This document shows, in pieces, positions 1-16,662 of a stretch of DNA of 64,000 nucleotides. Position 1 is the first letter of the stretch, and every line of letters begins with the position of its first letter. Both the position numbers and the translations under genes were made by a program. The DNA comes from Piromyces finnis finn. Lineage: Eukaryota > Fungi > Neocallimastigomycota. The notes under the pieces are model-generated. The model did not search any database. It was given only the letters and a program-made list of their open reading frames with translations, and was not told the DNA's origin. The DNA is taken from the NCBI GenBank assembly GCA_002104945.1, contig MCFH01000010.1:868001-932000 (forward strand), given 5' to 3'.

Positions 1-450
1 TAAACTATAATTTTAATATTTACAATTATTAAATGTTTGAAAAAAAAATTAAATTAGATTGAAAATATTTCTTTTTTTCTTATTTTTAAGCCTATATGAA
101 ACATATAATCTAAAATACAAAAAAAAAAAAAGATATATTTTTTTAACATCAAATATTGAGATGCTATTTTTTTTTAAAATGATATATAAAATTTTAAAAA
201 AAACGTTGTTTATGATATTCAGTTGTATTGAGTTTGATTTTGTTTAAAATTTGGTTATTTATGTTGCTCCAAAAAATATATACTTTTGTACCTAAGAATA
301 ATAATATATATAAATATTATAATTCTATTGGTAAAATATTATATTTTTAATTTTTTGATAATTATAACTTATTATGAAATATTATGAAATTTAATGTTTA
401 ATTATATATTATTTTTTAAATGAACTTATTGAATACTATACTATTTTATC

Positions 451-2757
451 TTATGAACTTTGGAAAAAATTCATTAGTTTAATACTTTTTGATTTAATAG
501 TATCTACTTGTTTTCCATCAACTTGATTATTTCTTAATGATTTTATTGAAATTGGAACATCCATAGTTAATTTTTGATTCATTAATTTCTTATTTAATAC
601 TTTTTGATACAATTCTACACGATCTGAAAAATTCTTTAATGATGCATTTGTTTTTATCGAATTTTGATTTTTCTCAACATTATGAATAGATTTAATATTT
701 AATGCCTCTTGATGATTAACATCTCTAATACATTTTGCTAGGGTAGAAGTCTGCAAACGCTCCTTCTTCAAATGATCTTCTAAATCCTTAGATTTATTAA
801 TAAGAATATTGATTTCCCTATTTTTTTCCATTTCTAATTTTTTATTTTCATTCTTCCAATATTCTTCTCTTTCTCTTTGTTTCTTTTCAATTAATTTTAT
901 AGATTTCTCTAAATTCTTGTTATTTTCTTCTAAAGCTTTTGAGTCTTTTTGAAGTAATTTAACAGATTTAGTCATAATTTCCAAGTTATTCTTTAAAGAA
1001 TCTTTTTCCATATATAATTCATTACATTTTTCTTTAAGTTCTCTTTCTATTTCATCACTTGCTTTTTTAACCATTTCTATCTTGTTATTGGATTCTTCTT
1101 CGGATTTTTCTTTTAATAATACTATTTTTTCTTCATAATCGACTCGAACCTTTTCAAGATATTCTATATCTTTTTCATGTTGTTTCATGAATTCCTTATT
1201 TTCTTCTTCTAATCTTTCCTTTTCTTTATTTAATTCGTCATTTTCTTTTTCACGTATATCAATAACATCCCAAAGACCTTTTACTTCTTTGGCGCTATTA
1301 ACACTTTTAGCTTTATATTTTTCAACTCTTTTCTTTACCTTGCGGTATAATTCTTCAGTTTGTTCAACTTCACCTTGTAAATTTTCAATTTGTTCTTCAT
1401 TATCTTTAATTATATCCTTCATTTTTCTGAATTCTTTTCTGAATTGACTATGTTCTTCATTTAATTTTCTCTTTTGAGTATTTACTTCTTCATTTAATTT
1501 ATCAATAGTTTTTCTTAAGCTACTGATACGATCATTTGAAAACATCAAGGCTTCATCCTTTCTTTTAATAATATTTCTCAATACTTCTAAATCTTCTTCA
1601 TTTTTCTTTTTGCCTTCACTTACACTAGCTCTAATTTCAAAAGCTAAATTTTTAAATGTTTTATTTTGAGCTTGTAAATTAGAAAATTTATCATTCATAT
1701 CTCTAATTATACTTTCCTTTTCATTTAATTTTAATTTTAACTCTTCAATAAGAGTGTCTTTAGAATCTAAAGTCTCTTTTAATTCTTGAATGGTTTGGCA
1801 ATTCTTTTCGTTTATTACAGTTGATTTTGTGTATATATCTTTGAAATATATAACTTGCTTTTGAACATCTTCCATAGAATCTATTGTTTCTTGTTCATCT
1901 TGGGATAATCCTTTGAAAAGGTCATCTAATGAATTACGATATATTTGATTTTGTTCTTGTACTTCATCAATAAATTCATCACGTATTTTAATTTCTTCTT
2001 TAAGATTTTTTATTTCATTTTGATGAATTTCTTCATCAATTTTCATTTGTTCCATCATCTCTGATAACAATTCTTCATAACTATTATCCTTTTCCCAATT
2101 CTCATTGTTTTTTTCCTCAATTTTTTTATTTAACTCGTTGATTTTTTCCTTATGTTCAACAACTTCAATTTCCTTTTCTGCTAATAATATATTATAATCA
2201 CGAATTGTTTCGTTAATAAACTCTGTTAAATGTTCTTCACATTGCTTCATATATTCAGAGTCTTTTTCAATTAAACTTATAATATTTTTATCAACAGAAA
2301 TATATTCTTCATTAAACACTCTAGATTCATTTATTGATTCATTTGTATGATCCTTAATAATATTAATTAACAATGCTTGTTCTTTTTGAAGCAATTGAAC
2401 CTTTAAGGTAAGTTTATTTAATTTTTCTTTTAGTATTAATTCATTGGTTTCTTGACCTTCCTTATTTATCAAAACATCAGTATTATTTTTGATGTTCTCT
2501 TTAATCTTATATTTCATTTCATTTTTAATATTTTTTAAAGTCTCACTAATAACAGATTTTGAAACTTGGCTTTTCTTTTGAACTGAAGAATCTGAATCAG
2601 CTAATGTACCATCTGAGTCACTTATTAAACTTGAAGAAGAGTCATATCCATTATTATCTTCAAATGTATCATGAAGATCATCTTCACAATATAATAAAGG
2701 TGACTTTTTAAATAATTTTGAATTTTCAATAAATGAGTTAACTTCAATTGTTTCCAT
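451..2757 (-). CDS. Uncharacterised long coiled-coil protein, 768 aa, single exon
   Basis: Uninterrupted 2.3-kb ORF. E/K/L-rich heptad-like composition over about residues 70-690, with an acidic Ser-rich N-terminus. No family motif recognised. Confidence 0.8.
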   Translation of the reverse strand: METIEVNSFIENSKLFKKSPLLYCEDDLHDTFEDNNGYDSSSSLISDSDGTLADSDSSVQKKSQVSKSVISETLKNIKNEMKYKIKENIKNNTDVLINKEGQETNELILKEKLNKLTLKVQLLQKEQALLINIIKDHTNESINESRVFNEEYISVDKNIISLIEKDSEYMKQCEEHLTEFINETIRDYNILLAEKEIEVVEHKEKINELNKKIEEKNNENWEKDNSYEELLSEMMEQMKIDEEIHQNEIKNLKEEIKIRDEFIDEVQEQNQIYRNSLDDLFKGLSQDEQETIDSMEDVQKQVIYFKDIYTKSTVINEKNCQTIQELKETLDSKDTLIEELKLKLNEKESIIRDMNDKFSNLQAQNKTFKNLAFEIRASVSEGKKKNEEDLEVLRNIIKRKDEALMFSNDRISSLRKTIDKLNEEVNTQKRKLNEEHSQFRKEFRKMKDIIKDNEEQIENLQGEVEQTEELYRKVKKRVEKYKAKSVNSAKEVKGLWDVIDIREKENDELNKEKERLEEENKEFMKQHEKDIEYLEKVRVDYEEKIVLLKEKSEEESNNKIEMVKKASDEIERELKEKCNELYMEKDSLKNNLEIMTKSVKLLQKDSKALEENNKNLEKSIKLIEKKQREREEYWKNENKKLEMEKNREINILINKSKDLEDHLKKERLQTSTLAKCIRDVNHQEALNIKSIHNVEKNQNSIKTNASLKNFSDRVELYQKVLNKKLMNQKLTMDVPISIKSLRNNQVDGKQVDTIKSKSIKLMNFFQSS

Positions 2758-5700
2758 TTTATTGTTTAATTAAAATTAATGTGATAATTGTATTTTCAAA
2801 AATGTTTAATTTTTCAATCTTTATTTTTAATTCTTTTTAATTAGTCTTATTTTTAAGGCCTGTCTTTTTTTAATTTTTACTTAACAACTATTTGAATTTT
2901 AGTTTACTTTTTAATTTTAATAATTTAATTTTAATGCGTTATTAGTTTTAAATTGCGATTGATAAAAAAATTTACAATATAAAAATTAAATATTTGCCAA
3001 TAATATTTTTTTAATATTATACTTGTTGTATATGAATTAAATTTGCGTATGTATTATAAAATATATTTAATTAACAGTTTCTTTTGAGATACCTACTGTT
3101 CTCAAATTATTATTAATTTTTGTAAATATCAATTTATATAGATATATAAATTAATATTATAAAATAGAATAAAAGTTTTAATTAATTCTTTATTTTAAAA
3201 TTTTATTTAATTTCAATTTTTATTATTACTCTTATATTTAATTTATTTGAATTATTGAAAATTATATTTTTTTTATTTTTAATGCTTATAATGCGTTTTG
3301 AATTAAATAACGTATGTATTTTTGCGAATTGTTTTATGATTATTTTTAATGTGTTCTTTATTATTTTTACATTTATGCTAATGAATTTTTTTATATTTTA
3401 TTAAATATATGATAAATATATATCTTTTGACTAAGTTTACATTTATGAATTATTTTAATCTCTTCATTTTTTAATTTTTCTTTGATTTAATTATCAAATC
3501 TAAATTATGATCGAAATTTACTCTATAGCAAATATGAAAAAAAAAAAAAAAAAAAAAATTATGAGTGATTTTAAAATTCTTTTATATTATTGTTATTAAA
3601 AAAAAAAACATTTTATTGTTATCTACATATTAAATTGTATATATTAATAAATTAGTAAATTAGCATTTACTATTTAGTAATTAATTATTAATATATATTA
3701 AATTATTTAGCCATATAAAAGTTTTATTTAACCAATAAAAATTAAAGTTTAATATATAAAAATTTAGATAGTTAATAATATTTTTAATTTATTAAATAAA
3801 ATCCGTTACACAATTTAGCCTTATTTATAAATTCTACTGTACAATATGGAAAAGAAATTCATTAAACATAAAATTTTTCTAATATTATTCTTAATATTAT
3901 TATCATTCATAATATATTTCATTTTAATCATATATATATAAAACAATTTAAAAAACATATATTAATTATATTGATAATAAATTATCAATAATAAACTAAT
4001 ATTAAACAATTAATTATGACACAAAAAATATATATTTATAAGCCAAAAAAAAAAATACTATATATTATATTATATATTTTTATATATAAAAATTCTTATT
4101 TTGGTAAATAATTTTATATATAATAGATATTTAATAGATTAATCAATAATTATCAATCCTATACAACTAATTTTATCTATAATATTAATAATATATTAAA
4201 ATATTATTTGGTTTTTATTACAATATATAATAATAATAAAAGTTAATTGTAATGATTATTAAATATTTTTATATTTATACTTTTGATAATGAAAAGTTTA
4301 ATTTTAAGGTATAAACTTTTTGTTTAAAAAAAAAATAGGTTGTTTATAATAACATATATAATTTATATTATGTTTATTTTTTTTTATGTTGTATATCCAT
4401 TATAATATATACGAATATATATTATAACTAAATACTTGTTTATAACTAAATAATTATAAGAAAACTATATCTTTACTGCCAACTAGTGAAATAAACCCAT
4501 AAAAAAAACCCATAAACAATATACAAAGAAATTTAGAAAATAGGATTATTTACTTTATTATACAATTTATAGGAATTATACTAGGAATATATAAAAAATT
4601 TAATTTCTAATAAATAATCAATATCAAAATCTTTTTTTTTTTAATAATTTTATTATATTGTAGTAGTAATTGTAGTATAATAATAAAAGATAATACAATA
4701 TATTTTTTTTTATATATATATTTTTTGATCCTCATCCGTTTAATATATTAATATTAAAATATTTAATTAAATTTTATTTTCAATCCCAAATTTATTTTAA
4801 CATTTTTGGTATTTTTTTGCTTTAAAAATGAATTTAATTTTTTAATTTATTTAAAAAAAAAAAAAGGTGTGTTTAGGATAATAATGAATTTTTACTATAA
4901 TAAAATAAACTTGAAAAAAAGTTTTTATTTTTTTATTATTACTCTTAATAAATAATATATATAAATGACTCTATTATTGTTATTAAAATGACTTTTTTTT
5001 TTAAATATAGTTAATCAACTATAACTTTATTTCACAGAATTTAATTAATTAGCTTTTTTTTTTTGGTTGTGGTCTTATTTTTGTTGGTCAACTAAATATA
5101 TATTGTTTTATATCATATAACGTGGTTAAATGTAAATATCATTTTACATATATTAATTAAAAAATTACTTTTTCACATTAACCTCTATATAAACAAAAAA
5201 TCGACCAAACTATATAATGAAGATAATGATACAAACACTTTTTTTAAATATATTTATATATACAAAATTCAAAAAATATTTTATTTTTGATCTGTTGGTA
5301 GTAAATCTTAAAAATCTTATAAATAATAAATTTTACTTTTTTTTTGTAAAATACACAAACAATATATTATATATTATAATATATATTATGATTAAGTTAT
5401 TTAGGTAATAGATTAACAAAACCTTTAAAATGTAAAAATCTATAACAAAATTCAACTTTACATTAATTTTTTAGCTGAGTTTTAGTAAAATAGATAAAAA
5501 AAAATAAAAAGTTTGAATAATTAAATATAAAAATTAATAAATATGCATTTATAAATAAAATTAAAATCCAGAAATTATCCTAACTATATATTTCAAATAT
5601 TTTTCAAAAATTCTTTTTTTTTTTTTTTATTCCAAAGTTCTGACAGGAGTAACGGAAGCCAAAATGACTCTATCCTTTTATTTTGTTCATTTTATTTTTT

Positions 5701-6565
5701 AATTCATATTAATTAAATTTTTTATTAATTCAGTCATTTTATTTATAAAAATGGCTTTTAGAAAACTTTCCAAATATGGGAATTTTTAATTTAATAAAGT
5801 TATTTAATTTATTTTAAATATTTCATGTCTCAAACAAAAGAATAGAATTTTTTTTTTTTTTACTCTAAAGACATGATATAGAGCAAAAAAAAAAAAAAAA
5901 ACATTTTAAAAAAGGTAACTCTTTTTAAAATGAAATAATAAAAACAATGATTAATTATGATATTTTAAAGGTTTATCAAAAATCTTATTTTAAAAATTAT
6001 AAAACGCATTGAAAAAAGTTATGATGATTTAAATAAATAAAATATTTCACTTAATAAAAATAATTTTTTTAAAAGTAAATTGTGTATATTAAAACAATTT
6101 AAAACATTACTAAATATTGGAAATTGTTTTACCTTTTATGTTATAATGGTTTCTATCGTAATAATAATATGGTTTGTATGTTTATATGAAATACAAAAAT
6201 ATGATTTTAATACTAAATTTAAAATATAATTAATATTAAATTAATGAAATATCAATATTAGTAAATGTACATATAATTAAAAATTTATGTAATAAACAAA
6301 ACAAAAATTTTATATTTTATACAATATTATTCTTTTATTATTTAATGATACATAAATAATGTATACATTATAAATAAAATTATACATAGATTAGATTAAA
6401 TTAAATTTAAAAAAAAAAAAAAAAAAAAAAGGAATTACATAATATTTCTTTTAGTATTCAATCTGTTTCTTTTATTATCCTGAAGAATAACTTCTTTTGA
6501 AATTTCAAATTAATTAAAAATATTTTTTTCATTAAAATATGTATATGTATATTAAATAATTGCCA

Positions 6566-8127
6566 ATGTCCAATAGATATTTCAATGAAATTGAATTGAA
6601 GTCTAAAATATCACAAAGCCATTTAAATACTGTTTGTCTTTGGTCTGAGAAAGAATTTATAAAAGTTTTGAAATATAATAAAAATGTACTTTTAAATTTC
6701 TTCTCCTTTTTTTTATATCTTATCATACATATTTAATAATCTGTATATTAAAATTTTGTATTAACTTTTAAATAATATAAATTATTTAAAATTAAATATA
6801 TTTTTCATTAATCTATGATTATAAAAAGAATAAAGAATTCCAGAGAATATTATTATCAAATATATATTTATCAAAAGAAAATTATTATCATTTACTTTGT
6901 AATTATAATTTTGAATTAGAAAAGGTACTAGAAATTAAATATATTTATTTAGATATCTTCAAATTTAAATAATAATAATAATAATAATATTGTTTGTTAT
7001 TATTATTATTTATTCATTTATTTATTCATTTATAATTATTTTATAATGAAATTTTCTTTTTTTTTTTTTTTTTTTTTCCTGAAAAAATTAACAATGCTAT
7101 CATTAATATATGTATAATACATTTTATAGAATGTGTATAAAATCTCAAATGTTTATTCTATATGTGATATATTTAATATTACAATAAATAAGTTACTACC
7201 TCAAATTAATAGCAATGGTAACATATATAAAATTTAAAGTAATTCTCAAATTCATTGTATTATTAAATATTCTTAATGTTTTATAATTAATTTTAATGAA
7301 TTCTACCAAGATTACAAATACTTAAAATTTCTATATTTATTTAATTCAATTGCCATTGCTAAAAGAGCAGCAGCAAAACTTATTTTAAAAAATTTTATAA
7401 AAAACAATGATTTAGACTATATAACAAACTTTCTAGATAAAGAAAATATAGATATGGTAAAAAGTTTTACAATTAATATATAAAACTTTGTGTTTAGATA
7501 CATTTTAAAATAAATAATAAAAAGTTAACATGTACTTTTCTTTTATATTTTTTAAAAAAGGAAATTATTATTAATATAGTAATAATTAATGATGAAAGAA
7601 TAGAGAATTTTCAAATGTATTTAAACCAAAGATATATAATAGAGCCGTGGAAGAGAAATGAATCTAAATATACTAATATATTATTATCATTATCACCTTG
7701 GCTAATAACCGAATTAATAAAAAAATATAAAACCCTTTTTACGCTATTATTTAGTAACTTATTAAAAGAATTATTTATAATATTTATTAAGTTAACTAAC
7801 TTTAAAGAAGGAAGATTACGCACTGTAGATTTACTTCCCATTCATAATACAAATATTTATATCGAGAATTTAGATAGAAAAAATAAATTAAAGCTTGAAC
7901 AAATTCTATGTTTAATATATCAATTTCAACAAATTAAAGAATACCAGTCTATAGTTGATTTTCACTTAAAAGATTTTATTGATACATTATATCAATATGA
8001 AAATATTCCTCAAAGTAATCAATCGAATAATTCCACTTATAATCTTAGTAATATACCAAAAGTTGACATTAAAAAAATTCAACTGATATCAAAACTTAAA
8101 TCAATATTTTTCCCAAATAACGAATAA
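6566..8127 (+). CDS. FANCF-like protein (Fanconi anaemia core complex subunit F-like), 338 aa, 5 exons
   Basis: Manual splice model: 6566-6685, 6829-6924, 7130-7217, 7311-7456, 7561-8127. All introns are GT-AG, phases are consistent, and the total is 1017 nt. SQSHLNTVCLWSEKEFIKVLKY, LLSNIYLSKENYYHLL and LSLSPWLITELIKKY resemble remembered FANCF segments (STTYVSTWDPATVRRALQW; LLENRALGDAARYHL; CALPPGLLTLVTSRH). The gene model is firmer than the family call. Confidence 0.55.
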
Positions 8128-8498
8128 CCTTAAAATGATTTTTGTATAATAAATATGCCCTAATTTTAATTGTTTCTTTCTATTTTATCTTTTTTTTTAA
8201 AAAAAAAAAAAAAAGGCATATATAAATAGAGCTCTTTTGTAAATAGAAATATCATTACATAAACTACTTTTTTTTTTTTTCCATTGATGTATTTAAAAAT
8301 TTTTCCATAATTATCAAAAAAAAAAAAAATATATATATATATATATTTAAAAATTTTATAAATTTTTAAATATAATTAATATAATTAATTAAATTATTTA
8401 GATTTATGTAATTTATACTTTTTTTTTATAAATAAATTTTGATTACTTGATAAAAAAAATAATTCATTAAAGTTTTATTATCAAAAGATTTAATTAGA

Positions 8499-9126
8499 AT
8501 GGACAATATAAAAGAAAATATAGAAAAAAGTAAGGAAAATATAAAAACAACTGTATTCCCAACAGTTGAACAAATTATAAATGATCTTCAATTTCAATTA
8601 TTAAATGTTAATTCTTCCGAAGCCAAAAAATTTAATTCTGAAGGTATAATTTAAATTAATTTGAAAATTTTACATTTAATGAAATAACAATAATAATAAT
8701 AATAATAAATGCATTTTAAATAATTATTATGGTTTTATTTCATTTCATTTTTCTTTTACATTATATGAATTATTTGAAAAATAATAAAATAAATTTTTAG
8801 ATATTATTGATAATATCAGAGAGATTTCCAAACTTAAAGAATCAGAAAAAGAATATTTTGACGAAAATGGCTCTCTTCAAACTATTATTAAAGAAAAGGA
8901 AATAATCGGCAATGAAAAAGAGATGACACAAAATGAAAGAAATAATGAGTTGAATACTCAAATAAATTATATTATTGATAATTTTATAAATATTAATGAT
9001 TCATTGAAAGAATTCAAAAAAGTTATCACAAATTCTGATAATGTAATATCCGATTTAAATATAAATATCGATACTATTATTTCAAATATAAACAATGAAA
9101 TTAATGAAATCAAATCAAATCAGTAA
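8499..9126 (+). CDS. Small coiled-coil protein, 156 aa, 2 exons
   Basis: Exons 8499-8643 (MDNIKENIEK...NSE) and 8801-9126 are joined by a phase-1 GT-AG intron. Exon 2 contains the tracked 8923-9126 ORF in frame. Confidence 0.7.
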
Positions 9127-9675
9127 TTAAATACTGCTTAATTATTATTTTATTTGAAGCTATCGGTCACCAAAATTCAAATATAAACTAAAATATATAT
9201 TAATAAAAAAACTAAAAAATAAAATAGATAGTTTATATTATTATGGTACACAATAAGTATTTTATAGTATTATTGTTTACAACAATATATAATAAGTAAT
9301 TATTTTCAATCTTTAAACAATATTTTTTAATTATTTCAAATAAATGTTTTCTGTACATCATTCATAAAAAATATATTAAATATAAAAATATAATATCCCT
9401 TATACAATCATATTATTACTTTTCAATATTATTGAATATAACTTAAAATAGTTAAATAATTAATTATTACAAATTCAAAATAAAAATATAATATAATAAA
9501 AACTAAATAAAACGTATTATGACTTTTTCTTTATAAATTTCATTTCAGTATATATTCATTTATTACTAAAATAGGATTTGTTATACCCTATACATTACAA
9601 AAATCCTATAAATAAAATAAAATAAAAATAAACAAGTAAAAAAGAAAAAAAAATAGGAATTATTATTATTATTAG

Positions 9676-9678
9676 TGA

Positions 9679-9709
<31 letters not shown>
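9676..9709. repeat. (TAG)n microsatellite
   Basis: Run tagtagtagtag... of about 10 units in intergenic DNA. Confidence 0.8.
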
Positions 9710-9710
<1 letters not shown>

Positions 9711-9974
9711 CTTTTTTTTTTTTTTACTATTAATTGACTTTATAAGCTTTTATTAAAATATTTGATAAAAATATGGGGAAAAAAACCTTAATAAATATTC
9801 TGTAATTATTTTTTATTTGGTTTCCGGCCGGAATATTTCACAATAAAATTATTGATTTTTTTTTGTAATTATGAATATATAGATTTAATAGTTTAAATAA
9901 AAAATATTAAAATACATCATTAATGTATTATTAATTAGTTTTTCTTTTTTTTTCATACATTTCATAATAATAAT

Positions 9975-10007
<33 letters not shown>

Positions 10008-11887
10008 ATGAAATGTTTGAAAAAACTGATGGTTAATCAATAAGAGAAAATTTTCAAAAACATATTATTTTTTTAAAGAGAATAAAAAAGAAATACAAAT
10101 TTTAGAATAATTTCTAATTGTGTTTCATTAAGCAATAAATACTGTAATAATTAAAGTTCTTGCTTTTCAAAATAGAAAAATAATAATAATGATGATGATA
10201 ATAATAATAATAATAAAATTAAGAAATAATATAAAATAAAGTAATGATACTAATAATTAATAAAAAGAGTTTTAGTTAATATTTTTCATTTATTTGGATA
10301 ATTATTAATTTAATTAAATTATAATTAATAAAATAAATTGTAATTTAAAATATACCTTAATAATATAATTAAAATAATGTAAATGTTTAATGAGTAAAAT
10401 TAGAATACTAATTATTATATGAATTCTTGATAATATTCTCATTATCAAGAATATTATTTTTACTTAATATAAAAAGTTTATTATTAATATTTTCCTTTCT
10501 AATTCCATGAATTTCAATTTTCTTTTTATAATACCACTCAATAGTATTATTCTTTCAAATAATAAAAGAAAACCAATTTTACAAATAAAACCAAAATTAT
10601 ACTAATATTTATAATGAGGTTAAATTATATATATTATAAAACTAAAATAGATATTAGATATTTATAAATTAATAATAAACTTTAATACTATTTAAATATA
10701 AAATAAAAAGAAAGTTGATGTATATGATGTATAATTAACAATTATAATATAAAGTTTATAAGATTTTTATTTTTACATAAAAATAATTACTTGCTTATTA
10801 TTGCTTATTATTAGTATAAAAATATATAAGAAAAAAATTAAATCATTTTCAATATTTATTCATTTAAAAAGAAAAATCCTTTTTGATAAAACTTTAAAGA
10901 GAAAGTTTCATATATCAAAATTTAACAGGATATATAATCAATATTAATTGAGGAATAATAAATACTATAAAAAATAAAATTTTTTTAATAATAATTCATA
11001 AAGTATATTTATTGACATAAAATCCAATAAATTGTAATATATATTCATTATTAACCTTGGAAATGTAATAATATCTCAAATATACACAATAATCATCTAT
11101 ATGTACTTTACCTATTGAGTTAAATTTAAAAATACAATTTTGCTTCAATATTTATATTCATCATATATAAAGTTATATATTATTTTTCTAAACTTTTATT
11201 GAGTTTTGTGATTAAGAATAAAAAGCATAAATTATATATTTAAAATTAAACTAATATAGAAATATTATAGTTAAAACAATGCTCTTCCAAATATAATTAA
11301 ATTATAAATATTTAATCATATAAACGACAATAATAAAACTCGCAATAAAAATAAATCCAATACTATTATTTTTAAATATATCCAACATTAATAACCGTTA
11401 TATATATATAAAAAGACAATAAGATGTCTGGTAATAATATCAATATCATAGCATATTGTTTTACAAAAAATATATTATTTATCTATTATTATTCCTTATT
11501 TCTATTAATAATAATAAGAAAAAGAAAATACTAATGTTTCTTTTTTTTTTTATTCTTTATTTGTCATACTATTATGAATTATTCATATATTCGAATTCAT
11601 AATTATGTACTAAACTTTTAATAAATCGAAAATTAAAATCATAATACAAAAATGGAATGTTAATAATATCATCACATTTATTATAAACTAATTCTAATAC
11701 TTCCATTATCTAAACTTATTTTCTTTTTTATTACTATAACTTAATAATAAATATTCGATAATCAATTATTTTTTTAATAATAAAATATATTGAATGGATC
11801 AAAAAAATTAAAAAATTGGCTGAATTGAAAAAAATATAAAATTAATAATGTAACATTATATACAAAAAAAAAAAAAAAAAAGAAATA

Positions 11888-15111
<3,224 letters not shown>

Positions 15112-15615
15112 AACCTATAATAATTATTATCAGCTTTCGAAATTAGAAATATTTAAGTACATATTTTCTTTTTTAGAAACTATTATTAATGTTATTGCTT
15201 AAATAATATTATTTTTTTTATAATTACTAATAATATAATAATAAATCCATAATTTATATAACACCAAACAAATACAATTTTTTTTTTCTCTTCATCATAT
15301 TCAATTATGAAAAATATAAATTAAATTATAATAAATATTAATTTATATAATATAATAATAACAATAATAAAACAAGAAAAAAGAAAAAAAAATGTAAAAA
15401 TACTATTTATTGATTCAAAAATGGCTCTTTTAAATGTTCATTTTATGTAAAGAATTATATTTTTTTAGTTTATTTCATTTATATTAATTCCAAGTACAAT
15501 CTATTTATTTAAAAAAAAAAAAAGACGTGTATGTTAAAAAAAAAAAAAAAAAAAAAAAAACATTAATATAATTTATATTATGTTTCTACTTTTCCTTTTC
15601 TACATGATTTGTATG

Positions 15616-15668
<53 letters not shown>

Positions 15669-16662
15669 GTAAAAATAATACTTTTTTGAAATATAAATAA
15701 TATTGATAATAAAAGTTAAATAAAATTTAAAAAAAAAATAAAGTTTAAAAAGTATTTTAAAATGAATTTTTTTTACTATAGCAACTGAATATCTATTTTC
15801 CTTTAATTCCTAAAAACATATATTTCTTCAAATTTCTTCTTCATTTTTGTATTATCTGTATATTTATATTCTACAATATAAAATTATTCATTATTATCTT
15901 TATATTATTTATTATTTAAAATAGTTTAATATATAAAGTTCTTTATTATCTTTTAAGTAACCATCATTATTCATTTCTATATCATATTTTATTTACTTTT
16001 CTCAAACTTTATTATATAAATTGATTTTTGTAATTTTATTTATATTACTTTTTATAATTTATTATATTTTTTTTTTTTTTTTTCATTATATACATCAACA
16101 AAAAAAAAAAAAAAACCCTAAATATATAAAATTTAATAATTCTAATTTTAATTAGTATTAAATAAAACTTTTTACAATTTTTTTTCATTACCTAAAACTT
16201 AATACAGATATCCTTTAATTATAACAATACCATAGATAGCCATTTTATACATTACAATCAATTTTTTATAAGCATAAGAAAAAATAAAAAAAAATATATA
16301 ACATTAATATTTTATATAATATTAATAAATATTTTTCTAAACATGATAGATTGGACAAAGAAATATAAGCACCTTTTTGTATATTAAAATAAAAAAAAAA
16401 TGATACTATCCAATTACGTATATAATCATAAAAGCAATTATTAGACTACATCTTTTATTATTCGGGTTTTTTACTTCTAAATTTATAATAAAAATACATA
16501 TATTAAATAAAACATTCAATTATATTTTGTTTCAACGTCAATATTCAAAAAGTCAAATAATTAAAACATCAATTTAAAATAATCAATAAAAATATTCTAT
16601 TTTAATTATTTTAAATTCTAATTGTTCTTTTAACAAAAATACATTACCATATCAGCAGCAGC

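Noticed and set aside
1187-1447. Short antisense and intergenic ORFs of 60-110 aa here and elsewhere (e.g. 59-247, 5217-5408, 22666-22875, 24739-24995, 38748-38966)
   Set aside because: They are F/I/L/K/Y-rich translations of AT-rich non-coding DNA or antisense to real CDS, with no splice or motif support.
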